Origin: Eledone cirrhosa
Lineage: Eukaryota
Length of the DNA stretch: 64,000 bases
Assembly: GCA_964016885.1 (NCBI GenBank)
Contig: CAXHJY010001743.1
Coordinates: 1-64,000, forward strand
Reading direction: 5' to 3'
Shown: positions 1 through 13,021 of the stretch, piece by piece
How positions within the stretch are numbered: position 1 is the stretch's first letter
Layout: each line of letters starts with the position of its first letter
Notes under the pieces: generated by a model
What the model was told of the DNA's origin: nothing
Seen by the model: only the letters and a program-made list of their open reading frames with translations
Databases searched by the model: none
Made by a program: the position numbers and the translations under genes

Positions 1-240
1 CCTCTCTCCCTCTCTCTCTCGCTCTTTCTCTCTCTCTCTCTCTAAACTGTCAACGGCCCCCTAGAGACTCTCTCTCTCTCTCTCCCTCTCTCCCTCTCTC
101 CCTCTCTCCCTCTCTCCCTCTCTCCCTCTCTCTCTCGCTCTTTCTCTCTCTCTCTCTCTAAACTGTCAACGGCCCCCTAGAGACTCTCTCTCTCTCTCTC
201 TCTCTCCCTCTCTCTCTTTCTCTCTCTCTTTCCCTCTCTT

Positions 241-283
<43 letters not shown>

Positions 284-383
284 AAACTGTGAACAGATCC
301 CTAGAGACTCTCTCTCTCTCCCTCTCTCCCCCTCTCTCTCTCTCTTGCTCTCTCTCTCTAAACTGTCAACGGATCCCTAGAGA

Positions 384-421
<38 letters not shown>

Positions 422-473
422 CTCTCTCTCTATCTCTCTCTCTCTCTCTAAACTGTCAATAGATTCCTAGAGA

Positions 474-511
<38 letters not shown>

Positions 512-561
512 CTCTCTCTCTATCTCTCTCTCTCTCTCTAAACTGTCAATAGATTCCTAGA

Positions 562-601
<40 letters not shown>

Positions 602-615
602 CTCTCTCTCTCTCT
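1..615. repeat. Compound minisatellite: ~25-bp unit AAACTGTCAACGGCCCCCTAGAGAC (and variants) separated by variable (CT)n/(CTAT)n tracts, 6 copies
   Basis: Unit seen at ~44, 160, 283, 360, 449 and 540. Confidence 0.85.
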
Positions 616-910
616 AGATAAGTGTTTCTCTTTCTTATAGTTATACACCACTCACTCTAATTATGTGCTTCTCCCCCCCCCCCCTCTCACTCTCTCTCTA
701 TGACTATCAACCTGTCCAACTCACATCTCACCTACCTACACGTCACCTCATAAATTAATTAATAAACAACGCCAAGTCGACGAAAGTAGTTGACACCTCA
801 CCACCTCAACCTCGCAATAAATATTTTAACTTTTTTATCATCATAATCGTCATCATCATCTTCTACATCATCTTCTCCTTTTCTTCTCGTTTCCCCCTCC
901 TCCTATTCCC

Positions 911-911
<1 letters not shown>

Positions 912-941
<30 letters not shown>

Positions 942-1440
942 CTTCTTCTTCTTCTTCTTCTTCTTCTTCTTCTTCTTCTTCTTCTTCTCATACTTACTCC
1001 TGAGAGGGTCGTGGGGGGCAGAATCCTTAAATATTCCTTCCAGCAGGTCCTGTCTTAAGCAACCGTCTCCAAATTATCCTGTTGGATCCCCAAGCGAGAT
1101 CAGCCGAGCCCATGAATATAATCTTGCCATCCTGCTCAGGATCTACCTCTGGAACTCCTGTCGGTTAGTTTTTTTACCCTAAAATCTGTCCAGTGTAACT
1201 TTCCTAAGACATTCTAACCACATGTGACACATCTCATTGATGCGCTAATTTACATCATTAGTGATGTGACCATGTCGTCTTTTTTTGTTTTGTTTTCGGG
1301 CATTTCAAAATAGCGACAAAACCAAGAATAATCCGGGCCCCATTTGCACCCAGCAGCAACCAAACCATCTACAAAGTAGCCCCTTTGTCAGTCCAAAGCA
1401 ACAGGTGACTTTATCTGCGGCTTTGCTCGGGGATTCAATG
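912..1440 (-). mobile_element. Degenerate RTE-clade (Expander/Rex3-like) LINE 3' fragment with (GAA)n tail
   Basis: Minus-strand translation RSSRGRS*AGWQDYIHGLG*SRLGIQQDNLETVA*DRTCWKEYLRILPPRPSQE* resembles RTE ORF C-termini (RGRP..RW.D...LLPPRP); followed by (GAA)n at 912-988. Confidence 0.65.
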
Positions 1441-1720
1441 ATTTTTCCCATTTCACTCGTGTAATTCTCAATCGTCTTTTAAAGGACTCTGAAATACGAA
1501 AAAAAAAAAAGAAAAGCACTTCACCAAGAAAATGTAGCGTCCATAAAGCCTTACTATTGTTGTTGTTTTTGCTACTGCTGCTGCTGTTGCTGTTAGATAC
1601 TCTTGGTGAAATTTATGGAGGTGCTGGTGTTGGTGATAGTAGAGGTGTTGGAGTTGGGGGTGATATTGTTGTTGGTGGTGCTGATACTGCTGGTTGTGAT
1701 TGTGGTGGTTAAGGTGGGGT

Positions 1721-1778
<58 letters not shown>

Positions 1779-2871
1779 TGACTGAGGAAAGCCATGATAT
1801 ACCAGTCTTGACCACTCTGACTATTTACCATGTGTCCCTCTCCATTTAACGTTGCGTGGTTTGAGTTTAGGGATATTTGGCTGCTATTTCTATCCGAACA
1901 GGTGTCTAACATGAATTATTTGCCAGATCTAAAAATTAAAAATGAGATATCAACATACAAATCTTTTATATGTTTACAGGAAGCTCGATCCAAATTCTCT
2001 AGAATGCAGATGGCAAGAATCGACCATTGCCCAAAATATCTTGAAGTTTGTGCATTTACCATTTTACCATTTGCCATCCTACAGTGACAGCAAAGGTGTA
2101 TGTATTTTCTCTCTCAGCATAATGAATATGTGTGTTGCATGTACCCTTTCTTAAACGTCTCTTCTGTTAACCCGTAAATAGTTTACTCAGCGTGGATTAC
2201 CAATGTCACTTTAACAAAGCACACCAGTTCATTGCTGATACCTTTACCGCAAAGTGGACATCATTTATTGTTGGCACAATCGTATCAGATTTCATTATGT
2301 TACGGAATTCTACTACCGTACTTTGTTGATGCCAGAATTTAGATTTCTTTTATATCGGTTAAATATTTGTTGTTAAATGTCAAGGATTGCTTGTTCCAGG
2401 TGTCTTGCTCTATTTATCCACCTGGGAAGTAGAGCTGCATCAGACTTAAAGCATTTATGCGAGATTATACGTCATACTCAATTTGCTGGTTAAATGTAAA
2501 CACTAAAAGTGCTTGGCTACATCTTTCGCACTCCATTCGGTCGGTTCCTTACATAGTTACAAACTGTGCACTTTCATATTCCTTTTCACGCCCACTCTCA
2601 TAAATATCCGCTTGCCCCATCATGCTATTGAATCTAAGAATGTCATGATATTTTAATTCAACACATGTTCTACCGCTTTCTACATTTCTCATTCTACACT
2701 TTCATCTATTCTCTCTCTTTATCTTTTTTTATTTTTCTTATAGTTAATATTCTTCATCTATATATAACCAGGCATCATTTGATTTACTTATTCTACAACC
2801 TTCTATTTTTATAAACAAAATAAGAATTAGCGGAAACGTAAATGCATTCGTGAATTTTATATCGAATAATA

Positions 2872-3042
2872 ACTTTTGGCACAAGTCCAGCAAATACACG
2901 AGTGCATTACTGGTACTTTATTTTATCGACCCCGTATGGATGAAAGGCAAAGTTAACCTCCGCGGGATTTGAACTCAGACCATAAAAGGCCGTAACTCTA
3001 TGCTGCAAAGCATGGCGTCCGACACTCTACCAATACTGCCAA
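2872..3042 (-). mobile_element. tRNA-derived SINE with Meta-like central domain
   Basis: A-box-like TGGCAGTATTGG, B-box GAGTTCAAATC, core CTTTGCCTTTCATCC..CGGGGTCGATAAAAT; at least 8 copies in window. Confidence 0.85.
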
Positions 3043-3085
3043 ATTATGATATTCGATTCGTTTACAAGCAAACAGTCTCATTACG

Positions 3086-3200
3086 CAGTATCGGTAGAGC
3101 GTTGGGCACCATGTTATGGCCTTGAGTTCAAATCTCGCCAAGGTTAGCTTTACTTTTTATCCTTACTGGAGTAATTGCTTTGTGCCAAAAGTAGAAACAA
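3086..3200 (+). mobile_element. Deleted copy of the same Meta-like SINE
   Basis: GCAGTATCGGTAGAGCG...GAGTTCAAATC...TTTCATCC-like core...GTGCCAAAAGTAGAAAC tail. Confidence 0.7.
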
Positions 3201-3465
3201 TTATTATTATCCGATATAAAACGCACGAATACTTGTGTTTTTAACATCGTAACTAAACACATTTCTGCCACTAGTTTTATGAAATATTAAATGTTAAAAT
3301 ATGAGCGATTAAATATCAGAATCTCTAAATATTAAACACACACACACACACACACGCACATATATATATATATATATACATACATAAATACATACATACG
3401 TACGTACGTGGATACATACATACATTTATGTACCAATATTTGCATATACATATATACATATATGC

Positions 3466-3531
<66 letters not shown>

Positions 3532-3548
3532 TATATATATATATACAT

Positions 3549-3579
<31 letters not shown>

Positions 3580-4803
3580 CGTATATATGTGTGTATGTGT
3601 GTGTGTATGTATGTGCGTGTACAGGCGTGTGCGTATGTGTGTGCGCGGGCGTGTGTGTGTGTGTAAGTAATATTCCTTTGAACAATTCTGCTAACGTTGA
3701 GTCTATCGATTGATATGCCAGACATAAGAATAGGGAAATTATTGAAATTTAATTGTAAAATAATACCTTAGAATTCTGGTGTTGACATGATCTGACGTCT
3801 GTTGCACAGAGATTTGTTACTTAGGAAACAGGAAAGACTTTAAACAAGACGTACTACTACATACATACACACACACACACACTCCTTCATATATATATGT
3901 GTGTGTGTGTACGTTTATATAAATATGTGTGTGTGTGTGTGTCTGTGTGTGTGTGTGTGTGTGTGTTTATATACAAAATTACATGCACACGTACATGTGT
4001 ATATATATATCTATGTATATGTGTTTGGTCTGCGTGTATGTACGTATATACATAAGAAAATGAGTGTGTGTGTGTGGTGGTGGGGGGGGGGGTTAATGAA
4101 AATAAACAGATGTTCTACACGAGTGAAAGTATAAGGAAAAGAAATCGAAAATGCAACTGGTCTCTTTTTAAGAATATTTATTTATTTCCTTATGTGTGTA
4201 TATGTATATATATATATAAAAAATTAGAAATAGAAGCCAGGACTATCCATCATCAGTGGCAGTGGTCTACTAGCCATCATAGGTATTTCTTCGCATTACA
4301 AATCATATACCTCCGACTAGGGCGATACAATAACTAAATTAAGTTATTGGGATAAAAAGAGTTGGGTGGAGAAAGAGAGACAGGTAAACAAACACGAATG
4401 GTGAGGCAACGTAAAGAGAGGAACAATGAGAAAATGAAGTCAATAATTCATTTTGAACATAAGAACGTGCGAATATTGACGAGAAGGCAAAAGACACATC
4501 TTGGCCGTGCGAATGTGAGTGAGGAAAGAATTTCGTACGATGTGGGACGATGGAGGAAGTGAGAGAGAGGGTGAGTAGCAGAGAGTGAGTGAGTGAATGT
4601 GTGAGGAAGAGGCTAGTCGAGAGAGGGTGACTAACAGAGGGGGTGAGTGAAAGTAAGAGAGGAAAAGGAGAGAGAAGGGGAAGAGAGAAAGAGGATAGCA
4701 GTAAGGGAAGAGAAAAAGACAGGTCACAGCGAAGGGGAAAGCATATGTGAATATATATAATAGAAATAGGAACTAGCTTCGAATATATATATATATGTAT
4801 GCA

Positions 4804-4937
<134 letters not shown>

Positions 4938-5297
4938 CTTTAGCTTCGTATACAACTAAATGCCTGTTGATAAAGTGACTTCCTTGTTCGATCATCATAC
5001 CAAAAGCTTAACATTATTTGTTTAAGCAGACAGTACCGGATTTAGGAGTTGCAGAAACGCAATATTGGATTTTACGACCGTTTCCAGGGGTCCGGGTATA
5101 ATTTTCGATCATATTTTATTATTTGTTTGACCCGAATAGCTTGGTCGTTTCTATGGCTTTGCGGATAATGGTTTAACCATCATCTCAGTGTGTTTGGCCT
5201 TTTAACGTACGTTGTTGCTCTAGTTCACTAGTTTACCACACATCTCGGAAGTTGTTTATCGCTAATTTCCAATAGCCGAAATGCGATTCTCGCTACT

Positions 5298-5335
<38 letters not shown>

Positions 5336-5426
5336 GAGTTAAACAAGATTCAATGAGTACATCAAAGAATGAGTTTTACAGTAGATTGAAAGCACTCTAC
5401 AAAAAGATATTTTCCAGAGTTATTAA

Positions 5427-5745
5427 TATTAAAATCAAATATTAATAAAATAGATGTTCTTGTGATCAATTAAATTTTATTATACATATTTCAGAGGTAC
5501 TTGAATCAAGTTCAATAGTACGTCCTCATCAGATAAAATAAAATGATACATGACACACCCTGACATGTTAAATGGTTAAATTGATTAAATCTTAAATTGA
5601 TTCAATCTTAACCATTTAACATGTCAGCATATGTAATGTATCATTTTATTTTATCTGATGAGGACTTGATTCAAGTACCTCTGAAATATGTATAATAAAA
5701 TTTAATTGATCACAAGAACAACTATTTTATTAATATTTGAATTTA

Positions 5746-5748
<3 letters not shown>
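5427..5748. repeat. Long inverted repeat of a Penelope-like terminal segment; each arm carries a minimal hammerhead motif
   Basis: Arms ~5427-5580 and ~5608-5748 are reverse complements with one ~12-bp indel; lies between (TA)n tracts. Confidence 0.85.
5474..5539 (-). ncRNA. Minimal type I hammerhead motif (Penelope type); second copy at 5648-5701 (+)
   Basis: ATTTTAT-CTGATGA-stem II GGACGTAC..GTACCTCT-GAAA-TATGTATA-ATAAAAT; 7-bp stem I, near-palindromic stem III, imperfect stem II. Confidence 0.65.
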
Positions 5749-5794
<46 letters not shown>

Positions 5795-5808
5795 TGTGTA
5801 TATATATA

Positions 5809-5901
<93 letters not shown>

Positions 5902-5916
5902 CTGTGTGTGTGTGTG

Positions 5917-6189
5917 TATAAGATACAATGCTTTTTCAGCTTTTATTTACAAACAGCGGAGAATTTGAAATTAGATGGTAACAATAGTGACTCCGTTGTA
6001 TTTTAGACTAAGTAAATAACCCTAATAATTTGGAGTTATAGAAACCTACAGAAATGGAAAAATGACTGAGTATTGACGAACATGGGACACGAACCCCCAT
6101 CTCTGGCTGCCCTGGCCATTGTGTATCCATCTAATTTAAAATTCTCTGCTGTTTGTAGACAAAAGCTGAAAAAGCTTTGTATCTTATAT
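5917..6189. mobile_element. Short element with ~62-bp inverted ends and an internal tRNA-like B box
   Basis: 5917-5979 is the reverse complement of 6127-6189; minus-strand GGGGTTCGTGTCCC at ~6084-6097. Confidence 0.55.
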
Positions 6190-6240
6190 ATATACGAGTA
6201 TGTATGCATACGCTATCTATATATTTTATAGATATATATT

Positions 6241-6273
<33 letters not shown>

Positions 6274-6280
6274 ATATATA

Positions 6281-6430
6281 TAACGAAGGAAGTGTGGTAA
6301 AAAACCATGTGAACCATAACGCGCCAGAGTACTCAATACTTTGGGTAGTAGAGTGGGTAATAACAAAATGTTCAAGACCCCGACGGCAGAGCTCAAGCCA
6401 TTTCGACTGCTATTTCTGGAAATAGCTGTC
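6281..6430 (-). mobile_element. Family Z: short HHR-bearing 3'-end element inserted in (TA)n
   Basis: Homologous to 23677-23788, 33489-33680 and 55189-55378; minus strand shows stem II hairpin GACAGCTATTT-CCAG-AAATAGCAGTC, GAAA, stem III and GTC. Confidence 0.75.
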
Positions 6431-6446
6431 CAGAAATAGCTGTCCA

Positions 6447-7677
6447 GAGCGCCTCCTCTTCCGCTTTTTGTGGAAGGGACGCGCTCCCATGGTCAGACGA
6501 TCCATCTGCTGTCAACACCCGTTGCGTGGAGGACTGGTCATGCCGTGGCTGATGATGCGCAAACATGCGCTGAAGCTTCCTTGACGGTGAACAAGTGTCG
6601 TCGCCGTTCGCCAGGCACGTTTTCCCACAGCTCGTCTCCTTGATGGAGCTGCAGTCCTTGGTCAGGAAAAGACCGAGGGATAGCGCTTGGAAACTGAAAT
6701 GTCTCCAGGCGCTCACTGCCCTCTGCCAGCTGGGCACCAGTATCGGTGGAACATCCACCTCGGCGTTTTATAGAGGACTAGTGGAGGGGAAGAGCGACGA
6801 GATTCTCGGAGATATCCTGGGTGTCGAAGAAGATCGGCTGTTTGCTCTCTTCCGGAGAACTTTCAGCCCAGCGCCTATAGATAACTTCCAAAAATCCCTG
6901 GCTTGGCAGTGCTACCGGGGAGCGCTGCCGGTTCGAGATAAGCTCTACAGGCACGGAAGTGCCGTCAGCCGAGCCTGTCCGAGATGCGCGCAGAGCGACG
7001 AAACCGTCGTGCACGCACTCGTTCAGTGCCCGAGCATTGCTGACTTGTGGAGCTATGTCGAACAGTTGCTGTCGCGTGTAGGACTGATCCGGTTATCGAC
7101 TGAGTCCATTGTGCAGATAGTCTCGCCGTCTTATTTCGAGGAGGAAGGGCAGACGGTTTTCCTCTGCCTGGTGGCCATGGCGAAAAAGATTGTGTGGTGG
7201 ACAAGGTTGAAAGGGTTAAAGACAGATACTTTCATCATCCGCGAATACATAATTAACTTTTTCAAGTTTCACTTATAGAGGAAATTCAGGGTGGAGAGGC
7301 AAGTGCTGCCTTCTAGCAAGTTTGTTGAAAGGTGGGTGAATGTAGCGAGAATGGTCCGAGTGAACGGGACCACTCTGAATATACGTCTGTAGTTTGAGAA
7401 ATGTAAAAATTGAGCGAGGGCGCTTGCCCTGGTGGTCAGGGTGGCCGTGGTCTTTTGCGCGGTTTTCGCCACGAGTAACCCTCAGAGGTTTCCCCCCTAT
7501 TGGGGAATTTTTCATTGTTTCAATTTTCATTTTTATTCTTTATATATATATATTTCTATGTCTTTTTTCTTTTTTTATATGTATAATAAAAATATTTACA
7601 CGCACAAAACCCACATCGTACCGCCCTGTGCCGTCTGTAATGTTTTTCTTGGTATCAGCCCTTGTGGCCAATAAAGA

Positions 7678-7700
<23 letters not shown>
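6447..7700 (+). mobile_element. Tx1/L1-group LINE 3' fragment (end of RT, zf-RVT CCHC, 3' UTR, AATAAA and (ATT)n tail)
   Basis: ERLLFRFLWKG...GGL upstream of ORF 6595-7278, which contains WQCYRGALPVRDKL..CPRC....ETVVHALVQCP; frameshifted end; AATAAA at ~7670. Confidence 0.85.
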
Positions 7701-7708
<8 letters not shown>

Positions 7709-8219
7709 TAACCAGCGACATGATAACGAATGACTCCCACCCAAAGAAATTATGCAGCAATACCGCAATGAATCCATTTATGAAAAGCTTCATGCTTATC
7801 AACAAACAAAGAAATCATACATTGCTATTGCTGTGCAATTTCTCTGGGTGGAAGAGGTTGGTTATCATGCAGGGAGTGTTTCTCAAGGAGCTTCTTACTA
7901 TCTCCAATGATATTATCTGCCTCCTGAAGAGAGACTGCTTCTATAGATGAGCTTCTACACTCAGTGTTTCATAGATGTAGACGAAGGGATGTGATGTGAC
8001 ACTCAAATACTCTCTGAACTGATGTTAAGCCCGTGTCTCCCTATTTACTTTTCAGATAGAGTCGGTCAATGTCACTGTTGGTGTAGAGATTGCCAGTGCC
8101 GTTTAGAACGTTTTAGGCTTTAACATCAATTGCTCAGTTCTCATCTAGCGTCCATTCAAGCAGTCTAAATGTTGGTGTTAGCACAATTACATACATAAAT
8201 GTTCATTGCTACTTCTTGT

Positions 8220-8730
8220 CAGAAGAGTGACATCTCTTAATTGACCATTGCACGGTTATGTTCACGTAGGTAACTTTTTAGACCCGCTTTTGTTTTGCAA
8301 GCATGTTTAATGATATGACATTTGAACTGTCTATCTCCTGGCAATACCGGCTGGGATGTGTCTTCATACATTTTACCATGTCTTGTCAGTCCACCAACTG
8401 ACTTGCAAATTAATCCACACTCACTACAAATATACCACGGAGTGTGTGGCGGTAGAACCACCTCACAGTTGGCTCAATTTCTCCTTGGCTCGGGTTATTT
8501 TAGAAGGTTAACAAAACCAGCTCCTGGTGGAAGGAATCGGCCACATTTTTCTGCCGGATTTTTGCAAGCACTACATTTGAGTCCCGCTTACAGAGTGAAC
8601 ATTTCAAAACAATAAACCCCATTTGCTTTTTCTCAAAGACATCACATCCATATTTGATGATCTTTCTGCATCTTTCTGGCCTTCCGCCAGTCTCTCCCAG
8701 TTCTCTATATCAAGCTTCAGAGCTTTAAGA
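8220..8730 (-). mobile_element. RTE LINE 3' fragment with degenerate C2H2 zinc fingers
   Basis: ORF 8237-8461 CSECGLICKSVGGLTRH and KTKAGLKSYLREH parallels the C-terminus of the 50995 RTE ORF; upstream ENWERLAEG. Confidence 0.75.
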
Positions 8731-9385
8731 CACATACATAAATGCATACATATAAATAGGGGCTACAAGGAAAGTGAATAATAAGTATCCGTTTTATGAA
8801 ATATCAAACAATCGCTCAGTACTCCCTCATTCTACAATAGATCTTGTAATACAGTTATCACCCTTGTGTATTTAAGGGCTCAGAAGTCATGATCAAAATA
8901 CAACGTCAGTGTCTGGCTCGCTCTGCAGTCATTGTAAACTTCTTCCAGTTATGCGCCATAATATTTGAACTAAATTATATATGTATTTTAATAACACAAA
9001 TATGCAAAAACACTGAGATTCTCTAAGATTAAATAATGCCTCCTTGGCGGTTGTCTAATACTACCGGTTCTATGAAAGCTGTAGGAAAATCATGTCTAAA
9101 GCCACTAACGATGGCTACACGCCTGGCCGAATGTTATAACTTTTCTTCCTTCACAAAATTGTTATCAACTTGAAGTAAGTAGAGTTTAAATTGGGTTAGA
9201 AGTCCAGAAGAACTGTGAGTTTGTTCAAACATTCATTAACGTAGAGATAATTTTCACAATATTCACACTTACATACACAAACATCATAGTCACATAGGTG
9301 TGTAAACCTTTGTAAACCTATCTATCAATTTATATGCATATGTTTGCGTGTGTGTGTGTACGGATGTATGTATGAATACACATAT

Positions 9386-9466
<81 letters not shown>

Positions 9467-9553
9467 CTTTATATATATAAATACATATATTCACGCGTAC
9501 TTGAGTTCGAAATCATCCCTGTGTGTTTGGATGTATATACATGTGCATGTTTA

Positions 9554-9630
<77 letters not shown>

Positions 9631-9647
9631 ATATATATATGTGTGTG

Positions 9648-9684
<37 letters not shown>

Positions 9685-10021
9685 TATTATGAGTGTATAT
9701 ATGTAATGTATGCATGTATGTAGGTATGTAATGTATGTATGCATCTATGTATGTGTGTATATATATAATGTATGTATGTATATAATGTATGCATGTATGT
9801 ATATAATGTAAGTGTGTATGTACATATACACGTGTGTCTGTGTGTATATATATGTGTGTATATATGAGTGTGTATGTGGTGTGTACATAAAACAGATATA
9901 CTTGTGAAGGAATGTGCTGGCAAACTATAAGTAGTTAGCATAAACCAGTTGACATTGATCCGCTGACAAAAAAGTTAAGTATATATTTGTGGAGCGGACA
10001 CAGCAGTTATAGCTGGATAGA

Positions 10022-10192
<171 letters not shown>

Positions 10193-10198
10193 TTCTCC

Positions 10199-10306
<108 letters not shown>

Positions 10307-10307
10307 T

Positions 10308-10384
<77 letters not shown>

Positions 10385-10385
10385 T

Positions 10386-10456
<71 letters not shown>

Positions 10457-11045
10457 TCCTTACTCTCTCTATCTCTCTCACTCTCTATTTATCTATCTAT
10501 CTATCTTTCTTACTCTCCCCCTCTCTCATTCTCTCTCTCTAGCTATCTGCCTATTTTTCTTACTCTCTCTCTCTCTCCCTCTCTCTCTATCTATCTATCT
10601 ATCTATCTATATATCTATCTATCTATCTATCTATTTATCTATATATCTTTCTCTCTTTTTCTCCTCCTCTCCCTCTGCCTGCCTGTGTCTCTTTCTCTCT
10701 CACTCTCTCACTCTCTGTCTCTCTCTTTCCCATTCTCTCCGTTTCTCTTTCTCTTTTTCTTTCTCTCTCTCTCTCTGTATCTATTTATTTCTCTCTCTCT
10801 CTCTCTCTCCCTCTCTCCCTCTCTCTCTCTTTAACTATCTATCTATCTCTGTCTCTCTCTTTCTCTGCTCACTGTCTGACCTGTATGGGGGGGGGGGCTA
10901 TAATGTATGTATATGTGTCTGTGTGTATGCCTCTAGATGTCTATGTCTGTGTGAGTCTTTCCATATGTGTATGTCTATGTGTGTCTGTGTATGTCTGTGT
11001 ATCTACATTTGTGTGCCCGTGTGTGTTACTGTGTATATGTGTATG

Positions 11046-11087
<42 letters not shown>

Positions 11088-11770
11088 GCTGTATATCCAT
11101 GTCTATCTCAGTGTGTATGTCTACGTGTGTGTCTACGTGTGTATCTTTTACTCATGTATGTACATAAACACCTATTTACATTGCAAGCGGCCTACCTATC
11201 TACTTACCTTGATGATAACTGATGTACTTATCTACCTTTCTTCTGACTTAATTAACTATTTATCTACCTTCACCCAACCCACGACAATACTTTTACCTCC
11301 ACACCCACCCCTATTAAAAAATTATATCAATTTTTTTTTAATACTCTGATCGATACCTGAATATGTTTCATTACATTATATATTTGTTTGTGTGTGAGTG
11401 CGTCAGTGTGTGTATGTGTGTGTGTGCGTCTGTTTACGTTTATGTTTTGTAACACAACAGTTCGACAAACAGAAATCGATAAAGTAAGCACAAGACTAAA
11501 TAAATGAGGCGTCGTAGCATGGCGGCAATCTACAGACTGAATAAGGAAAAAGAAAGAACATATAAACATATATGTTTATATATAGACCTATGCAAGTATA
11601 TATATATACATACACACATACCCCCCCCCCCCCCCCCCACACACACATATATATATATATATATATAGGGATTGTAACGTCAAGTTACTGTTGGTTTACC
11701 AGAGTAGGCACTCGATACATAGTTTCCACTATGTACTTTGGGGTTGTACTAAGCACAGTATAATAATAAT

Positions 11771-12172
11771 TGTTTCTACTTTTGGCACAAGGCCAGCAAT
11801 TATTCCGGTACATTGCTGGTACTTTATTGTATCGACCCCCGTATGGATGAAAGGCAAAGTTAACCTCGGCAGGATTTAAACTCAGATCAGAAAGGGCCGT
11901 AACTCTGTGCTGCAAAGCATTTTGTCCGACCCTCTGCCGATACTGCCAAACCACATATTAATAATGGTTTCCTATATAGGCACAAGGCCAGTAATTTTAG
12001 GGAGAGGGGAAAATCGATTAAATCGACCCCTGTGCATTACTGGTACTTTATTTTATCGACTCCGTAAGGGTGAAAGGCAAAGTTAACCTGCGCGGGATTT
12101 GAGCTCAGACCATAAAGAGCCGTAACTATACTGGAAAGCTTGGCGTCCGACTCTCTACCGATACTGCCAAAC
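11771..12172 (-). mobile_element. Two tandem Meta-like tRNA SINE copies (11771-11952, 11965-12172)
   Basis: Same A/B boxes and GCCTTTCATCC...GTCGATA core as 2872-3042. Confidence 0.85.
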
Positions 12173-12224
12173 CACATATTAATAATAAGTATGGATGAGG
12201 TGTCAAATTTTCATTAAGTTTATT

Positions 12225-12322
12225 CAGGTGTTACGCGCGTTTCGCTGTTGATCAGTTCAAACTTCTATCTCTGTCGATCGAACCCGACTCTTACTGAGTA
12301 GGGTGGATCTCGTCAAATCGGA
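12225..12322 (-). ncRNA. Degenerate hammerhead motif with long stem II
   Basis: TTGACGA...GAGTCGGGTTCGATCGAC...GC-GAAA-CGCGCG-TA-ACACCTG; related to 54757-54847. Confidence 0.45.
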
Positions 12323-12389
12323 CCAAGGAAAGAATGTTTCCATTGGTTTTTCAATTGCTCATACAATATGCCGGTAGCAAATCCTGTCA

Positions 12390-12423
<34 letters not shown>

Positions 12424-12537
12424 CGAAATTTCATATAGAAATGGCTTCTACACGACTAGCACTATTTCATTTGTATTAAATCATCAGGAATTCCTGATGA
12501 TTTCAGTGGATATATATATATCACAAATAAAAAGAGA

Positions 12538-12847
12538 ATCAGTGTTGACGAATGGAATTTATTGGACATATTAAAATATTACAATCGTTTCTCTGGCGAC
12601 CAGCTCGAGGCACGATCGATGTGATGATCAAACCCGACTCTGAAAATCGCAAGGTCCTCAGATACGTCTTGATTCTACGAAGCAGAGTTTCCTAATAAGG
12701 AAAATCTGCTTCGTAGAATTAAGACGTATCTGAGGACCTTGCGATTTTCTGATTCAGGTTCGATCATCACATCGATCGTGCCTCGAGCTGGTCGCCAGAG
12801 AAACGATTGTAATATGTCCAATAAATTCCATTCGTCGCAACACTGAT
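12538..12847. repeat. Long inverted repeat (~150-bp arms) of an HHR-bearing segment
   Basis: Arms meet at TTCCTAATAAGGAA (~12688-12702). Confidence 0.85.
12723..12818 (+). ncRNA. Type I hammerhead motif, long stem II, near-palindromic minimal stem III
   Basis: GACGTAT-CTGAGGA-(~63 nt)-GAAA-CGATTG-TA-ATATGTC; 7-bp stem I; base of stem II imperfect. Confidence 0.6.
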
Positions 12848-13021
12848 CTTTTTTTTTTTGTGATATACTCTGCTCTATGAGAGCATCGGGTGCTCAAACG
12901 GCCTACCGCATACGGACGCTTTAAGCATCCAACACCAATTATATATATATATATATATATATATTTCGTTTCTGAATTTGTTTAGCAAGATTCTTTATCT
13001 GAAAACGTGTGTTGAAACCGA

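Noticed and set aside
1-615. CRISPR-like array
   Set aside because: Spacers are simple (CT)n tracts, there are no cas genes, and the context is eukaryotic
1930-2700. Possible ancient CR1/L2-type LINE
   Set aside because: Only vague similarity (LGYIFRT); no interpretable motif run
8237-8461. Host C2H2 zinc-finger gene exon (also 49550-49700)
   Set aside because: Colinear with the RTE ORF C-terminus and followed by RTE-type tails
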